Below are positions 20,552 through 30,491 of a stretch of DNA of 64,000 nucleotides, piece by piece. Numbering within the stretch: position 1 is the stretch's first letter; every line of letters begins with the position of its first letter. Source of the stretch: Candidatus Heimdallarchaeum aukensis (GTDB lineage Archaea; Asgardarchaeota; Heimdallarchaeia; Heimdallarchaeales; Heimdallarchaeaceae); NCBI GenBank assembly GCA_021513695.1, contig CP084166.1:448001-512000 (forward strand), given 5' to 3'. The position numbers were made by a program, and so were the translations under genes. The notes under the pieces were generated by a model. That model was not told the origin of the DNA. It saw nothing but the letters and a program-made list of their open reading frames with translations, and did no database searches.

Positions 20552-22459
20552 TTAGTAGATTTTTTTCAGTTGTTTAAGGAGAGGAGTATAGATATCATAC
20601 TCTTCTTTTAGATCTTTTGCTATTATTAGTTCTTTCAGATTCTGTGCAGATTGTAAAATAAAAGTGGGTGCAGTACTCTCAATTAATGGATATTGTTTTG
20701 ATTTATATCCTGCTAAAACAGTATTGTTCTTTAGGCAAATAGAAGCCAATAGTTTAATTTCCTCTTCTTCGTTTAGTTCTTCTCCTTTTTCAAATAACCA
20801 GTTTATAGAACCTTTTTCTGCTATACTGCCTACCCAGATTAATAGAAGATAATCATAGATATCGTTAGGAAAGCCTAAACTGTTGTATTTGTTAAAAACA
20901 GAGAATAAATTAGCAAATTGTTCTACTTCTTTATTATCTTTACTTACTATCATTATAGAGATAAGAAAATCTTTTTGAACATCTGTGAGAGTATCTAAAA
21001 GCTCTTTCTTTATCTTTAACAATTCATCTTTCTTCTCTTTAATTTCTTCATAACTTTCATTGTTTATTTTGTAATTTCCAATTATCTCATCAAGTTGTTT
21101 TTTCCTTTCTTCTTCTAAACCTTCTAAATCTTTTGTATAATTTTCAATAATCTCTTTTAGAGTTTCTTTAGCTTCTTCTACTTCTTTCTCTGTAACTTCT
21201 GCATTAGTGATGGTCTTTCCTTGCATTGCAGCTTTTGTCTGTTTTTGCCAACTAAGTGCGTCTTTTAAACTTTTATCGTTTAATAAAGAGTTGATCATCT
21301 TTGCAACTATGTATTTAATTTCAACGATGGAATTAGCATCTCTTGTAGCTATTGAAAGAAATAGGTGTAAAACATTAGGCATCAAATTATAAGGATCAAT
21401 TTGTTGATTTCCTCTCAATGCACTAAAATTAAAGTTAGATAATGCCCATTCATATAAAGAACTTCCAACGAAGTTTGAAGGGGGATTAAGGGCAGAAAAT
21501 ATAGGTAAAGAAGTATACATGTTACCTATTGACAATAAAACATTATGCCAACCAAAGGTCGAAGAATCAAATTCTTTAATTCTTATTTCTTTTCCAGAGA
21601 TAAGGTATTCTTCAGTCAAATAATAAATTAAATGTTTATTTAAGCTGACTGAAGATAGAGAATCTGCTTCATATTTGGTCTCATTACTGTTTAATACAGA
21701 TATTAGCTCTATATTGTTAAATAATTCTGCTTGATTAGCGTCATCAAGTATTTCTTTTATTGATTCTTGGTTTTCAGGGTATAATGCTTCTAGAATGTGG
21801 TATATCCAGTGAATAATGTAAGCATAAACATTCTCATTTTGTTTAAGCACTTTTCTCCATTCAAACCATTGTTTTAGTCTATTTAGATAGATTTCACTCA
21901 TCTTTTCAATATCTGAATCACTTAATTCTTTTGTTGAATAACGCAATGGAAAGATTGAAACAGGTTCCTTATTATTAAACAGCACTTCTTTAATGTCTTT
22001 AATTAGTGTGTTAATAATTAGTTCAAGATCCATAATTGCATAACGTGAGATTACTTTTGCTTCTTTAAAATAATCAAAAGAGCAGCTTCCATTTCTCAAG
22101 AAAATGGGTTCATGAATGTAACTAACAATTTTATCAAAGAATTCTTTCCCCTTTTCATCTAATTGAGCAATAAGTTCTGATACTTCTTGAAAGATATAGG
22201 CATTAAGAAAAGCGTTAAACGCTGTTCCAATAATTTTTGCATTTGAAGCATAACTCTTAATAATTTTATTAATCTCTGGACTATTCTTTTTTATTTTACT
22301 TAACTCAAAGTCATCTGGAATCTTAACTAGTTCTTTATTACTATCTCGTGGCCTAAGAAATTTTCCTTCACTTTGAAAGACAAGTAGTTTGTTCTTTGTA
22401 TCCAAACCAAAAATAACTTCCTTGTCTAGCAATTTTCCTTCAAAAATTTTTATATCCAT
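20552..22459 (-). CDS. hypothetical protein with central coiled-coil region
   Basis: 635-aa ORF. Lys/Glu-rich heptad-like region (…EVEEAKETLKEIIENYTKDLEGLEEERKKQLDEII…). No catalytic motif recognised. Confidence 0.4.
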   Translation of the reverse strand: MDIKIFEGKLLDKEVIFGLDTKNKLLVFQSEGKFLRPRDSNKELVKIPDDFELSKIKKNSPEINKIIKSYASNAKIIGTAFNAFLNAYIFQEVSELIAQLDEKGKEFFDKIVSYIHEPIFLRNGSCSFDYFKEAKVISRYAIMDLELIINTLIKDIKEVLFNNKEPVSIFPLRYSTKELSDSDIEKMSEIYLNRLKQWFEWRKVLKQNENVYAYIIHWIYHILEALYPENQESIKEILDDANQAELFNNIELISVLNSNETKYEADSLSSVSLNKHLIYYLTEEYLISGKEIRIKEFDSSTFGWHNVLLSIGNMYTSLPIFSALNPPSNFVGSSLYEWALSNFNFSALRGNQQIDPYNLMPNVLHLFLSIATRDANSIVEIKYIVAKMINSLLNDKSLKDALSWQKQTKAAMQGKTITNAEVTEKEVEEAKETLKEIIENYTKDLEGLEEERKKQLDEIIGNYKINNESYEEIKEKKDELLKIKKELLDTLTDVQKDFLISIMIVSKDNKEVEQFANLFSVFNKYNSLGFPNDIYDYLLLIWVGSIAEKGSINWLFEKGEELNEEEEIKLLASICLKNNTVLAGYKSKQYPLIESTAPTFILQSAQNLKELIIAKDLKEEYDIYTPLLKQLKKIY

Positions 22460-22639
22460 TTTTTTCCCCTTTTCTCGCTATTAATGAACATTTTGCAAAG
22501 TTTTTATTTGTTTGCTTGTATGACATACAATTTTAACTTCAAATAATAATTCTAAATGTTAATTTAAATTAGGTCCCTTTAAAAAATCTTAAAAAATAAA
22601 TAAGTTATTCATATTATCGATTATACAGAGAATCTAGAA

Positions 22640-23938
22640 ATGAATAAAGTAAATTATCTTTCAGAGAAAGGAATGTTCATCGAAAAAAATGTTAATCTTT
22701 CAGCAGGAACTCTTGCTTGGGGAAGTAAGGCAAGACAAAGAGCTAAAGAAGTTAAGGATTTTATAGACGCAACAATTGGCTCGGCAAAAAGTGATGAAGG
22801 AAAGTTATTTGCTTTTAAAACCTTTGAAGAGGAATTAAAAGGGTTACCAGCAGATAAAATGTTTGGTTATGCAAACGTTAGAGGACAAAAAAGATTTACA
22901 AGAGCTTGGATGGAAGATACATTAGAAACCTTTCCAAGTGAATATAGAGAAAAATCTCGTTTATTATCAACAGAACCTATAACAACTTGCGGCGGGATTA
23001 CAGGAGGATTAACTATTGCAGGTCAACTCTTTTTCGATAAAACAGATAATTTACTTGTTCCTAATTCAAGATGGAGTAATGTAGATAATTGTTTCTTCAA
23101 AAACCAACAGATAACAGAATTAAATTATAATCTGATTGACATAGAAGGAAATCTATCTTTTGATGACCTTATAGAGAAAATTAAACTTCTAGAAAAAGAA
23201 AATAAAAAAATTGGTATATACTTTAATTTTCCAAACAATCCCAGTGGTATAAGCCCCACTTTATCACAAATAAAAGAAATTCAAGAAACTTTAGAAGAAG
23301 TAAAAGTTCCAACAGTAATTATTTTAGACGATGCTTATGAAGGATATGTCTATTCTGATGATGTTTTAGATCATTCGATTTACCCTTATTTAATCGGGCT
23401 AAATGAGAATGTCCTAACAATTAAAGTAGACGGTATGAGTAAAAGATATTCTGCTTATGGAGTAAGATTAGGTACAATTATGCTAGGTTTTGGAAAAGAA
23501 GTTGATGAGAAAGAAAAAGAAGATTATCGCGAGCTGATAGCTAAAGGTGCAAGGTCTTTAACTTCTAGTTCTCCAAGAGGTCCTCAAGAAGCTTTTGCCA
23601 ACATTTCAGAAGACAAAAAGAAGAAAGAACAACTGAAAAAAGAAAAAGAAGAATTAAAGAATCTATTAAAAGAGAGGTATTTAGAGATAAAAGCTTTAAT
23701 AAAAGATAAAGAGCATGATACTATTCACCCTGTCGACTTTAATAGTGGTTTCTTCGGTTATTGGATAATTAAGAACGATCTTCTATCATTCGATTTAGGA
23801 GAAAAGTTGTTAGAAAGAGGTTTAGGAACTGTACCATTTTACAACAATACAACAGGATTAAATGGTATAAGATTAGCTTTTTGCTCAATAAAAAGAGATG
23901 ATCTCGAAAAAGCAATTGATATTCTTTATTCAATCTAA
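22640..23938 (+). CDS. PLP-dependent aminotransferase, class I/II fold
   Basis: NFPNNPSGISPT (N-P-x-N-P-T/S-G motif) and VDGMSKRYSAYGVRLG (PLP-Lys SK…G.R.G motif). Unusual charged coiled-coil insert near residues 320-350. Confidence 0.6.
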   Translation: MNKVNYLSEKGMFIEKNVNLSAGTLAWGSKARQRAKEVKDFIDATIGSAKSDEGKLFAFKTFEEELKGLPADKMFGYANVRGQKRFTRAWMEDTLETFPSEYREKSRLLSTEPITTCGGITGGLTIAGQLFFDKTDNLLVPNSRWSNVDNCFFKNQQITELNYNLIDIEGNLSFDDLIEKIKLLEKENKKIGIYFNFPNNPSGISPTLSQIKEIQETLEEVKVPTVIILDDAYEGYVYSDDVLDHSIYPYLIGLNENVLTIKVDGMSKRYSAYGVRLGTIMLGFGKEVDEKEKEDYRELIAKGARSLTSSSPRGPQEAFANISEDKKKKEQLKKEKEELKNLLKERYLEIKALIKDKEHDTIHPVDFNSGFFGYWIIKNDLLSFDLGEKLLERGLGTVPFYNNTTGLNGIRLAFCSIKRDDLEKAIDILYSI

Positions 23939-24111
23939 CTCTTTTCTTTTTTTTAATTTCTTTTTCACTTTTCTACTTTTCCACTTTTAAAAAAAGATAG
24001 TTGTTGACCAAATAAGTAATTTATTACCCAATAGAACAAATTTAAGATGAGTCAATATTCTATTTAATTTTAGAAAAAATTTATAAAATAGCTATTAAAC
24101 AAAAAGTTGAA

Positions 24112-25629
24112 ATGAATTTGCTAAAAACTGTAGTAAAAATAACTCCTGTCTCAATATTGCGTAAAGTTCAATCATTTTCACTAAAAAAACCTAGCAGAAT
24201 TAAATTTTTATTCAAAGTTTCTAATGAAGAAGCTTTAGTCGAGATAGGAAAAAAACTGGCTTATAATAATTTCAAAAAAGTATCAAAGAATACACCCGCT
24301 TACAAGAAGTTCTTGGAGAGTAATGGAGTCAATGCAAAGAAAGTTAATAGCTTTGAAAAATTTATTGAAATTGTTCCTACAACAGACAAAAACAACTATA
24401 TTGCTAAATATCCGATGGATGAACTCTGTATCAACGGAGACCTTTCTCCACTAGCAATAATTGACAGAAGCTCAGGATATTCGGGTAAATCCATTTACTT
24501 TCCGATATCCAAAAAAGAAAACCTCTTTGATGAACTAGTAATGGCAAATTGGTTTAAAACACAATTCAATATCTCAACTAAAGATTTACTCATAAATTGT
24601 TTCTTTTTAGGTTCATGGGTAGCAGGAATAAAGATAGGAAACTCAGCTAGAATGATAGGAACTACAATAAATACAGGACCTCGTTTAGATGAAATTGTAG
24701 AAACAATATTCGATCTCGATAGATACTATGAAAGAATAATTATTTTATCCTATCCGCCCTTTGCAATGATGCTTGTTTACAAACTAATAGAAGCAGGATA
24801 TGACTTTGAAGGTAAAAACTTCTTGTTTTTGGTAGGAGGAGAAGGATATAATCTGGAGTTCAAACAAAAATTGCAAGAACTTACAAAAAACAGTAGCGAA
24901 ATTTTTGGAGCTTTTGGTAGTACTGAAACAGGAATAAGAATCGGAAATGAAACAGCTGATACACACATGCTTAAACAAATGGCTGCATCAAACAAGGAAT
25001 TCTGCAAGAAAATGTTTGGAAAAGAATTCCCACCAAATATCTTTCAATATGACCCAACAAATGTTCATTTATTCACAAAGAAATATAAAAACGGAAAAGA
25101 CGCTCTGGTTTTCACTTCAGCATCTAAAAGAGCAGTTCCTGTAATTAAATATAACCTAAAAGATGAAGGAGGAGTACTAACACAAAAAGAAGTAAAGAAA
25201 ATAATAAAAGAAGTATTTAACATGGATTTCAATTTTAAACTACCTTTACCAATCTTTTATGTTTATGGAAGAGTAGATGATACAATATCCATAGCAAGTG
25301 CAATATTCTATCCTCATCAAATAAAATCAGGACTGTTGGAGTTCATGGATAATGTAATAGATTACAGATTGGAATCAAAAACAACAGATACAGGAGTAAT
25401 CTATCCTGCAGTTCATGTAGCGGTAAAAGATAAAAGAAAAGCTTCCAAAAAGAAAATAGAAGAAAGTATTTACAAAACGTTACTAAAATACAGTAGCACC
25501 TACTCAGAATCAATAAAAGAAGGAATTGCAGATAGACCTATAGTTTTCCTATACACAGAAAAAGACTTCCCTTTTGAACTAAACGAAATAACAAAAAATC
25601 AAGTAAAAGAAAAACATTTAGTAAATTAA
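24112..25629 (+). CDS. adenylate-forming enzyme, phenylacetate-CoA ligase / F390-synthetase (PaaK-like) family
   Basis: RSSGYSGKSIYFP resembles the (S/T)SG(T/S)(T/S)GKP P-loop of PaaK-like ANL enzymes. Size ~500 aa. Confidence 0.45.
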   Translation: MNLLKTVVKITPVSILRKVQSFSLKKPSRIKFLFKVSNEEALVEIGKKLAYNNFKKVSKNTPAYKKFLESNGVNAKKVNSFEKFIEIVPTTDKNNYIAKYPMDELCINGDLSPLAIIDRSSGYSGKSIYFPISKKENLFDELVMANWFKTQFNISTKDLLINCFFLGSWVAGIKIGNSARMIGTTINTGPRLDEIVETIFDLDRYYERIIILSYPPFAMMLVYKLIEAGYDFEGKNFLFLVGGEGYNLEFKQKLQELTKNSSEIFGAFGSTETGIRIGNETADTHMLKQMAASNKEFCKKMFGKEFPPNIFQYDPTNVHLFTKKYKNGKDALVFTSASKRAVPVIKYNLKDEGGVLTQKEVKKIIKEVFNMDFNFKLPLPIFYVYGRVDDTISIASAIFYPHQIKSGLLEFMDNVIDYRLESKTTDTGVIYPAVHVAVKDKRKASKKKIEESIYKTLLKYSSTYSESIKEGIADRPIVFLYTEKDFPFELNEITKNQVKEKHLVN

Positions 25630-25795
25630 CAAACCCTTTTTTCTTTTTATTGATAAACAACTTTCTACCTTGCGTAAATAGTTTAGTTTATTTATAGAGA
25701 ATTGAAATAAAACAGAACTAAACATCATAAAAAGTTTTATCAAAAAATGAAATCGTGTTTTAAAATTTAAAAATAAAGAAAAAAAGAAATTTTCA

Positions 25796-28700
25796 TTATT
25801 CTTTCTTCTTACCTTCACCTATAATTTCCCAATCACGATATTGGCTAAGTAAACGGTCAATCTCATTATCAATATCAATAGTTTCTTTTCTTACAAAAGA
25901 TTGCTCAAGTTCATAATATTCACCAATATCAGGGTTAGCTTGTAGGATATCTTTGAGATACTCTTCAACAACAGATTTAGAAAGACCGCTAAGTTCAGAA
26001 ATTCGTTGCAAAGTAACAGAAATATTAGGTTTGAATTGGTTAAGCAAGTTAATGAGAGTTTTATAATCTTCTTCTCTCTTCAATGCTTTCATGTACTCAG
26101 ATTTAGTTTTATAGCCTTGAGCAGAGATTTCTTCCCACTCAGACTTAGTTTTAAAACCTAACTTCATTGCTGTATACATTTCTTTGATAGAAGAAAAACC
26201 AAAAGAAGAAGCTCTTTTACGAAGATAAAGTCTAATTCCTATAAAAGTCAAAAAAGCAACAGCACCAGTAACAATGACAGCACCTGTAACTATTGAAATA
26301 ATTGTGAGTATTCTTTTAACTTTCAATTTGTGTTCTAAATTCGATTTAGGATTGAGAGGATCAAAACCGTTTTCTATTTCTTTACCATCATTTTCTCCAT
26401 CTCCATCAGTGTCAGAATTGTTAGGGTCTGTTCTATAAATCTTTACTTCTTCATAATCAGTTAATCCATCACTATCAGAATCACTACTTGTGGGGTTAGT
26501 AAAATATTCTTTAATCTCTTCATAATCAGTTAATCCATCATTATCTGTATCAGTACTATTAGCAAACGTACCAACATTAAATTCTTCAAGATTGGTTAAA
26601 CCATCACCGTCTAAATCAGAGTTGGAATCATCTGTTAATGGGTCTAATCCAGAATGAACTTCATAACCATCAGGCATACCATCTTCGTCAGTGTCAGAGT
26701 TGTTAGCGAAAGTGCCAAGAGTATATTCCTCAAAATTAGATAAATTATCGTTATCGAAATCAGAATTACTATCATTAACAATTGCGTTTGTACCTGTTTG
26801 AACTTCCCACAAATCATCCATCAAGTCACCATCAGTATCAGTACTATTAGCAAACGTACCAACATTAAATTCTTCAAGATTGGTTAAACCATCACCGTCT
26901 AAATCAGAGTTGGAATCATCTGTTAATGGGTCTAATCCAGAATGAACTTCATAACCATCAGGCATACCATCTTCGTCAGTGTCAGAGTTGTTAGCGAAAG
27001 TGCCAAGAGTATATTCCTCAAAATTAGATAAATTATCGTTATCGAAATCAGAATTACTATCATTAACAATTGCGTTTGTACCTGTTTGAACTTCCCACAA
27101 ATCATCCATCAAGTCACCATCAGTATCAGTACTATTAGCAAACGTACCAACATTAAATTCTTCAAGATTGGTTAAACCATCACCGTCTAAATCAGAGTTG
27201 GAATCATCTGTTAATGGGTCTAATCCAGAATGAACTTCATAACCATCAGGCATACCATCTTCGTCAGTGTCAGAAACCAAAGGATCAGTACCGTAAGTGT
27301 TAACCTCTTCTCCATCAGTTAAACCATCACTGTCAGTGTTAGAAGTAGTAGGATCAGTTGAATAAACATTGATTTCACTAAAATCATCTAATCCATCACT
27401 ATCAGTATCAGAAGTAGTAGGATCAGTTGAATAATTTACTACTTCATCAAAATCATCCAATCCATCACTGTCAGTATCAACCTTACTCATATCTGTCCCT
27501 AAAATCTCCTCCTCATGGTCAAACAATCCATCATTATCAGTATCTAAATATTCCCCTGTCCTTTGATTGTTAACCGAATCAGTATAGAGTGGAGCATATC
27601 CAAGGCCAATAGAATTCCAAATAGATACTCCCATGTTGGAAACATCACCGTACCCGGCAAGTATTTCTAAGGAAGAATCGTTATCGACATCAGCAACAGC
27701 TAAAGACCAAAAAGTACCACTTGTCGTTTTTGGCCAACCAGGAACAACAGTACCATCACTATTCCAAATAACCACTCCACCACCAAAGTCAATACGATAC
27801 CCGGCAATTATCTCAAGTGCTGAATCGTTATCGACATCTGCAATAGTTAAAGAATGAACTTCACCACTTGTTTCACTTGTTGTTTGTGGCCAACCAGGAA
27901 CAACAGTACCATCACTATTCCAAATAATTACGCCACCACTGTAGTATTCACCGTACCCAGCAATTATTTCTAATGTTGAATCATCATCAACATCTGCAAC
28001 AGCTAAAGAATAAACATAACCACTTGTTGTTTTTGGCCAACCAGCAACAACACTACCATCACTATTCCAAATAACTACTCCACCACCATATCCTGCAATT
28101 ATTTCTAATGTTAAATCATCATCAACATCTGCAACAGCTAAAGAACGAACATCATCACTTGTTTTTGGCCAACCAGGAACAACAGTACCATCACTATTCC
28201 AAATAATTACTCCACCACCATATCCTGCAATTATTTCTAATGTTGAATCATCATCAACATCTGCAACAGCTAAAGAATAAACATAACCACTTGTTGTTTT
28301 TGGCCAACCAGCAACAACACTACCATCACTATTCCAAATAACTACTCCACCATAACCAGCATCACGATATCCTGCAATTATTTCTAGTTCTGAATCACCA
28401 TCAACATCAGCAAGAGCTAAAGAATAAACATAACCACTTGTTGTTTTTGGCCAACCAGCAACAACACTACCATCACTATTCCAAATAACTACTCCACCAT
28501 CATCAACATATCCTCCTCCTGCGACTATCTCGAGTTTTAAATCACCATCAACATCAGCAAGAGCTAAAGAATAAACATCTCCGCTTGTAGTTTTAGGCCA
28601 ACCAGGAATAACAGTACCATCACTATTCCAAATAACTACTCCACCATAATACCCTGCAAGTATTTCTAGTTCTGAATCACCGTCCACATCTCCAACAGCT

Positions 28701-30244
28701 AAAGAATAAACATAACCGCTTGTAGTTTTTGACCAAGAAAATAAAGTTGAATAATAATTAATAAAAGAGTTATAGCGACTGTTACTTGTATTATAGTTAG
28801 TTGTTTTCCAATCAAAAACATTATCACAGCTAATTTGAGCAGCTAAAATATAACCATAATAATCTGAATAGTATAAATATTTGCCTTGAATAGTAATTAT
28901 TCTGTTTAAATATAAATAACCTGATAATATTGCTTCATTCGTGGATGAAGAATAAAAATGCTTTGCATAAACATTTGAAGAGGAACAATATAGTAATTCC
29001 CAATTATAATCATTGTCCACATCGGTAAGTATAGGTTCTTCTTGAATATTTAGACCTAAGGAACTACTATACTCATTTAATATCTCTCCGGTGAAAGAAA
29101 AACTTTTTTGTTCTCCGTTTGTTGATAGAGTAACTATTTCATACTCTCTATCCCAATTAATATCAACAATTATAGGACCTAACCACTCTGAATCACCTGA
29201 AGAAGTAAGCCAAGAATGAATAGTAGTACCATTATTTGATAAAAGATAAAGATTTCTTCCTGCAGGGCAAACAATGTCTATTTTACTGTCTTTGTTGATG
29301 TCTGCAACTGCAAGAGGATGAGTAATAGGCTCTGTTAAATCTTTAGGAAAATTTGAGATGATGTCTCCATTTCCTTTCCACGCGTAAACTTTTCCATCGG
29401 TACTACCTACAATAACATCTTTGGAACCATCATTGTCTACATCAGCTAAAACTGGTGCAACTATTACTTCTCCTCCTGTTGTTTTAGGCCAACCAGCTAA
29501 AAGATTTCCACTTCCATCAAATGCATAAACTTTTGAACTGTTAGATCCAACCACTATCTCATTTTTATCGTCTCCATTAATATCTCCAACTGCTAATGTT
29601 TCTTCTACTGGTCCCTCACAATTGACTGGCCAACCTGGTATACTAGTACCATCACCGTAAAATGCGTAAACCGAACCATTAGCTGCTCCTATAATTATTT
29701 CTTCAGTTGCACTATTTCCATCTATATTAGCTAACATTGGTGTAGATATTAAAGCAACACCTATGTTTTTTCCATCTATCCAATTTGAAGATTCTGTACC
29801 ATCTATCTCGTAAACTCTTATTATGCCATTTAACGTTCCTACAACAATTTCATAATTTCCATCTCCGTCTATATCCCCTGCTCCAGGTCCTCCTTTTAAC
29901 TCTCCCCCTACATATATTGGCCAACTACCAAAAGAATTGAGAGATTGAGAGATTTTTTTACCTGAAAAATTGTTATCTAAAAGTTCAGAACGGGAAGAAG
30001 TTGTTTTGATCTCTATGTCGTTGTTCGCTTCTTCAACTCTTTGTAAATCTGTGTGATAATCATTATTTTGACTTACATTATTTTGACTTACATTACTTTG
30101 TTGTGAATCTAAAATGATATTATTAAAATCTTTCATCACTAGAGAATTTGTAGTCATTGAACTTGTAATTATAATTAGTAATGCTACTACCATTCCTGAA
30201 TATTTTGATTTCCCTCTAAAACTTTTTTTTATTCGTTTCATCAT
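25796..30244 (-). CDS. giant integrin-like surface protein: signal peptide, FG-GAP/beta-propeller repeats, TSP3-like Asp-rich Ca-binding repeats, single TM helix, ~150-aa cytoplasmic tail
   Basis: Repeated …ADVDGD(S/L)xLEIIAGY…GGVVIWNSDG(T/S)VVPGWPKTTSG… FG-GAP-like units. Repeated DTDSDGL(D/T)D…E modules. TM ILTIISIVTGAVIVTGAVAFLTFIGI followed by a basic/charged tail. Confidence 0.7.
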   Translation of the reverse strand: MMKRIKKSFRGKSKYSGMVVALLIIITSSMTTNSLVMKDFNNIILDSQQSNVSQNNVSQNNDYHTDLQRVEEANNDIEIKTTSSRSELLDNNFSGKKISQSLNSFGSWPIYVGGELKGGPGAGDIDGDGNYEIVVGTLNGIIRVYEIDGTESSNWIDGKNIGVALISTPMLANIDGNSATEEIIIGAANGSVYAFYGDGTSIPGWPVNCEGPVEETLAVGDINGDDKNEIVVGSNSSKVYAFDGSGNLLAGWPKTTGGEVIVAPVLADVDNDGSKDVIVGSTDGKVYAWKGNGDIISNFPKDLTEPITHPLAVADINKDSKIDIVCPAGRNLYLLSNNGTTIHSWLTSSGDSEWLGPIIVDINWDREYEIVTLSTNGEQKSFSFTGEILNEYSSSLGLNIQEEPILTDVDNDYNWELLYCSSSNVYAKHFYSSSTNEAILSGYLYLNRIITIQGKYLYYSDYYGYILAAQISCDNVFDWKTTNYNTSNSRYNSFINYYSTLFSWSKTTSGYVYSLAVGDVDGDSELEILAGYYGGVVIWNSDGTVIPGWPKTTSGDVYSLALADVDGDLKLEIVAGGGYVDDGGVVIWNSDGSVVAGWPKTTSGYVYSLALADVDGDSELEIIAGYRDAGYGGVVIWNSDGSVVAGWPKTTSGYVYSLAVADVDDDSTLEIIAGYGGGVIIWNSDGTVVPGWPKTSDDVRSLAVADVDDDLTLEIIAGYGGGVVIWNSDGSVVAGWPKTTSGYVYSLAVADVDDDSTLEIIAGYGEYYSGGVIIWNSDGTVVPGWPQTTSETSGEVHSLTIADVDNDSALEIIAGYRIDFGGGVVIWNSDGTVVPGWPKTTSGTFWSLAVADVDNDSSLEILAGYGDVSNMGVSIWNSIGLGYAPLYTDSVNNQRTGEYLDTDNDGLFDHEEEILGTDMSKVDTDSDGLDDFDEVVNYSTDPTTSDTDSDGLDDFSEINVYSTDPTTSNTDSDGLTDGEEVNTYGTDPLVSDTDEDGMPDGYEVHSGLDPLTDDSNSDLDGDGLTNLEEFNVGTFANSTDTDGDLMDDLWEVQTGTNAIVNDSNSDFDNDNLSNFEEYTLGTFANNSDTDEDGMPDGYEVHSGLDPLTDDSNSDLDGDGLTNLEEFNVGTFANSTDTDGDLMDDLWEVQTGTNAIVNDSNSDFDNDNLSNFEEYTLGTFANNSDTDEDGMPDGYEVHSGLDPLTDDSNSDLDGDGLTNLEEFNVGTFANSTDTDNDGLTDYEEIKEYFTNPTSSDSDSDGLTDYEEVKIYRTDPNNSDTDGDGENDGKEIENGFDPLNPKSNLEHKLKVKRILTIISIVTGAVIVTGAVAFLTFIGIRLYLRKRASSFGFSSIKEMYTAMKLGFKTKSEWEEISAQGYKTKSEYMKALKREEDYKTLINLLNQFKPNISVTLQRISELSGLSKSVVEEYLKDILQANPDIGEYYELEQSFVRKETIDIDNEIDRLLSQYRDWEIIGEGKKKE
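26551..27270. repeat. near-perfect tandem repeat, 288-bp unit x ~2.5 copies, inside the integrin-like gene
   Basis: Units begin at 26551, 26839 and 27127 (cagtactattagcaaacgtaccaacattaaattcttcaag…) and are identical over hundreds of bp. Encodes 96-aa repeat DTDEDGMPDGYEVHSGLDPLTDDSNSDLDGDGLTNLEEFNVGTFANSTDTDGDLMDDLWEVQTGTNAIVNDSNSDFDNDNLSNFEEYTLGTFANNS. Confidence 0.9.
27700..28760. repeat. degenerate tandem repeats (~135-160 bp) encoding FG-GAP-like blades
   Basis: Recurring ggccaaccag(g/c)aa(c/t)aaca(g/c)taccatcactattccaaataa(c/t)(c/t)actccacc at ~27728, 27888, 28031, 28170, 28303, 28441, 28597. Confidence 0.7.
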
Positions 30245-30491
30245 TTTTTTGAATTACTTATATTTTATAAAATTTTTTTTAATAATAATTCTCTAAGAAC
30301 ACGTTTAAATTTTAAAAAAATGTCACTTCGCTACTTCTCACAAGTCTGTTTCAATTTACCATATCTATATTATAGACACTTTTTTAGGAAATTTATGACG
30401 GGAATGCAAATAATTACGTATTGGTTATTCAAATGCTTCTATTTTCAATCATATCCGATATCTTTAAATTTTAAAATTCTTTTTTGCAAAT

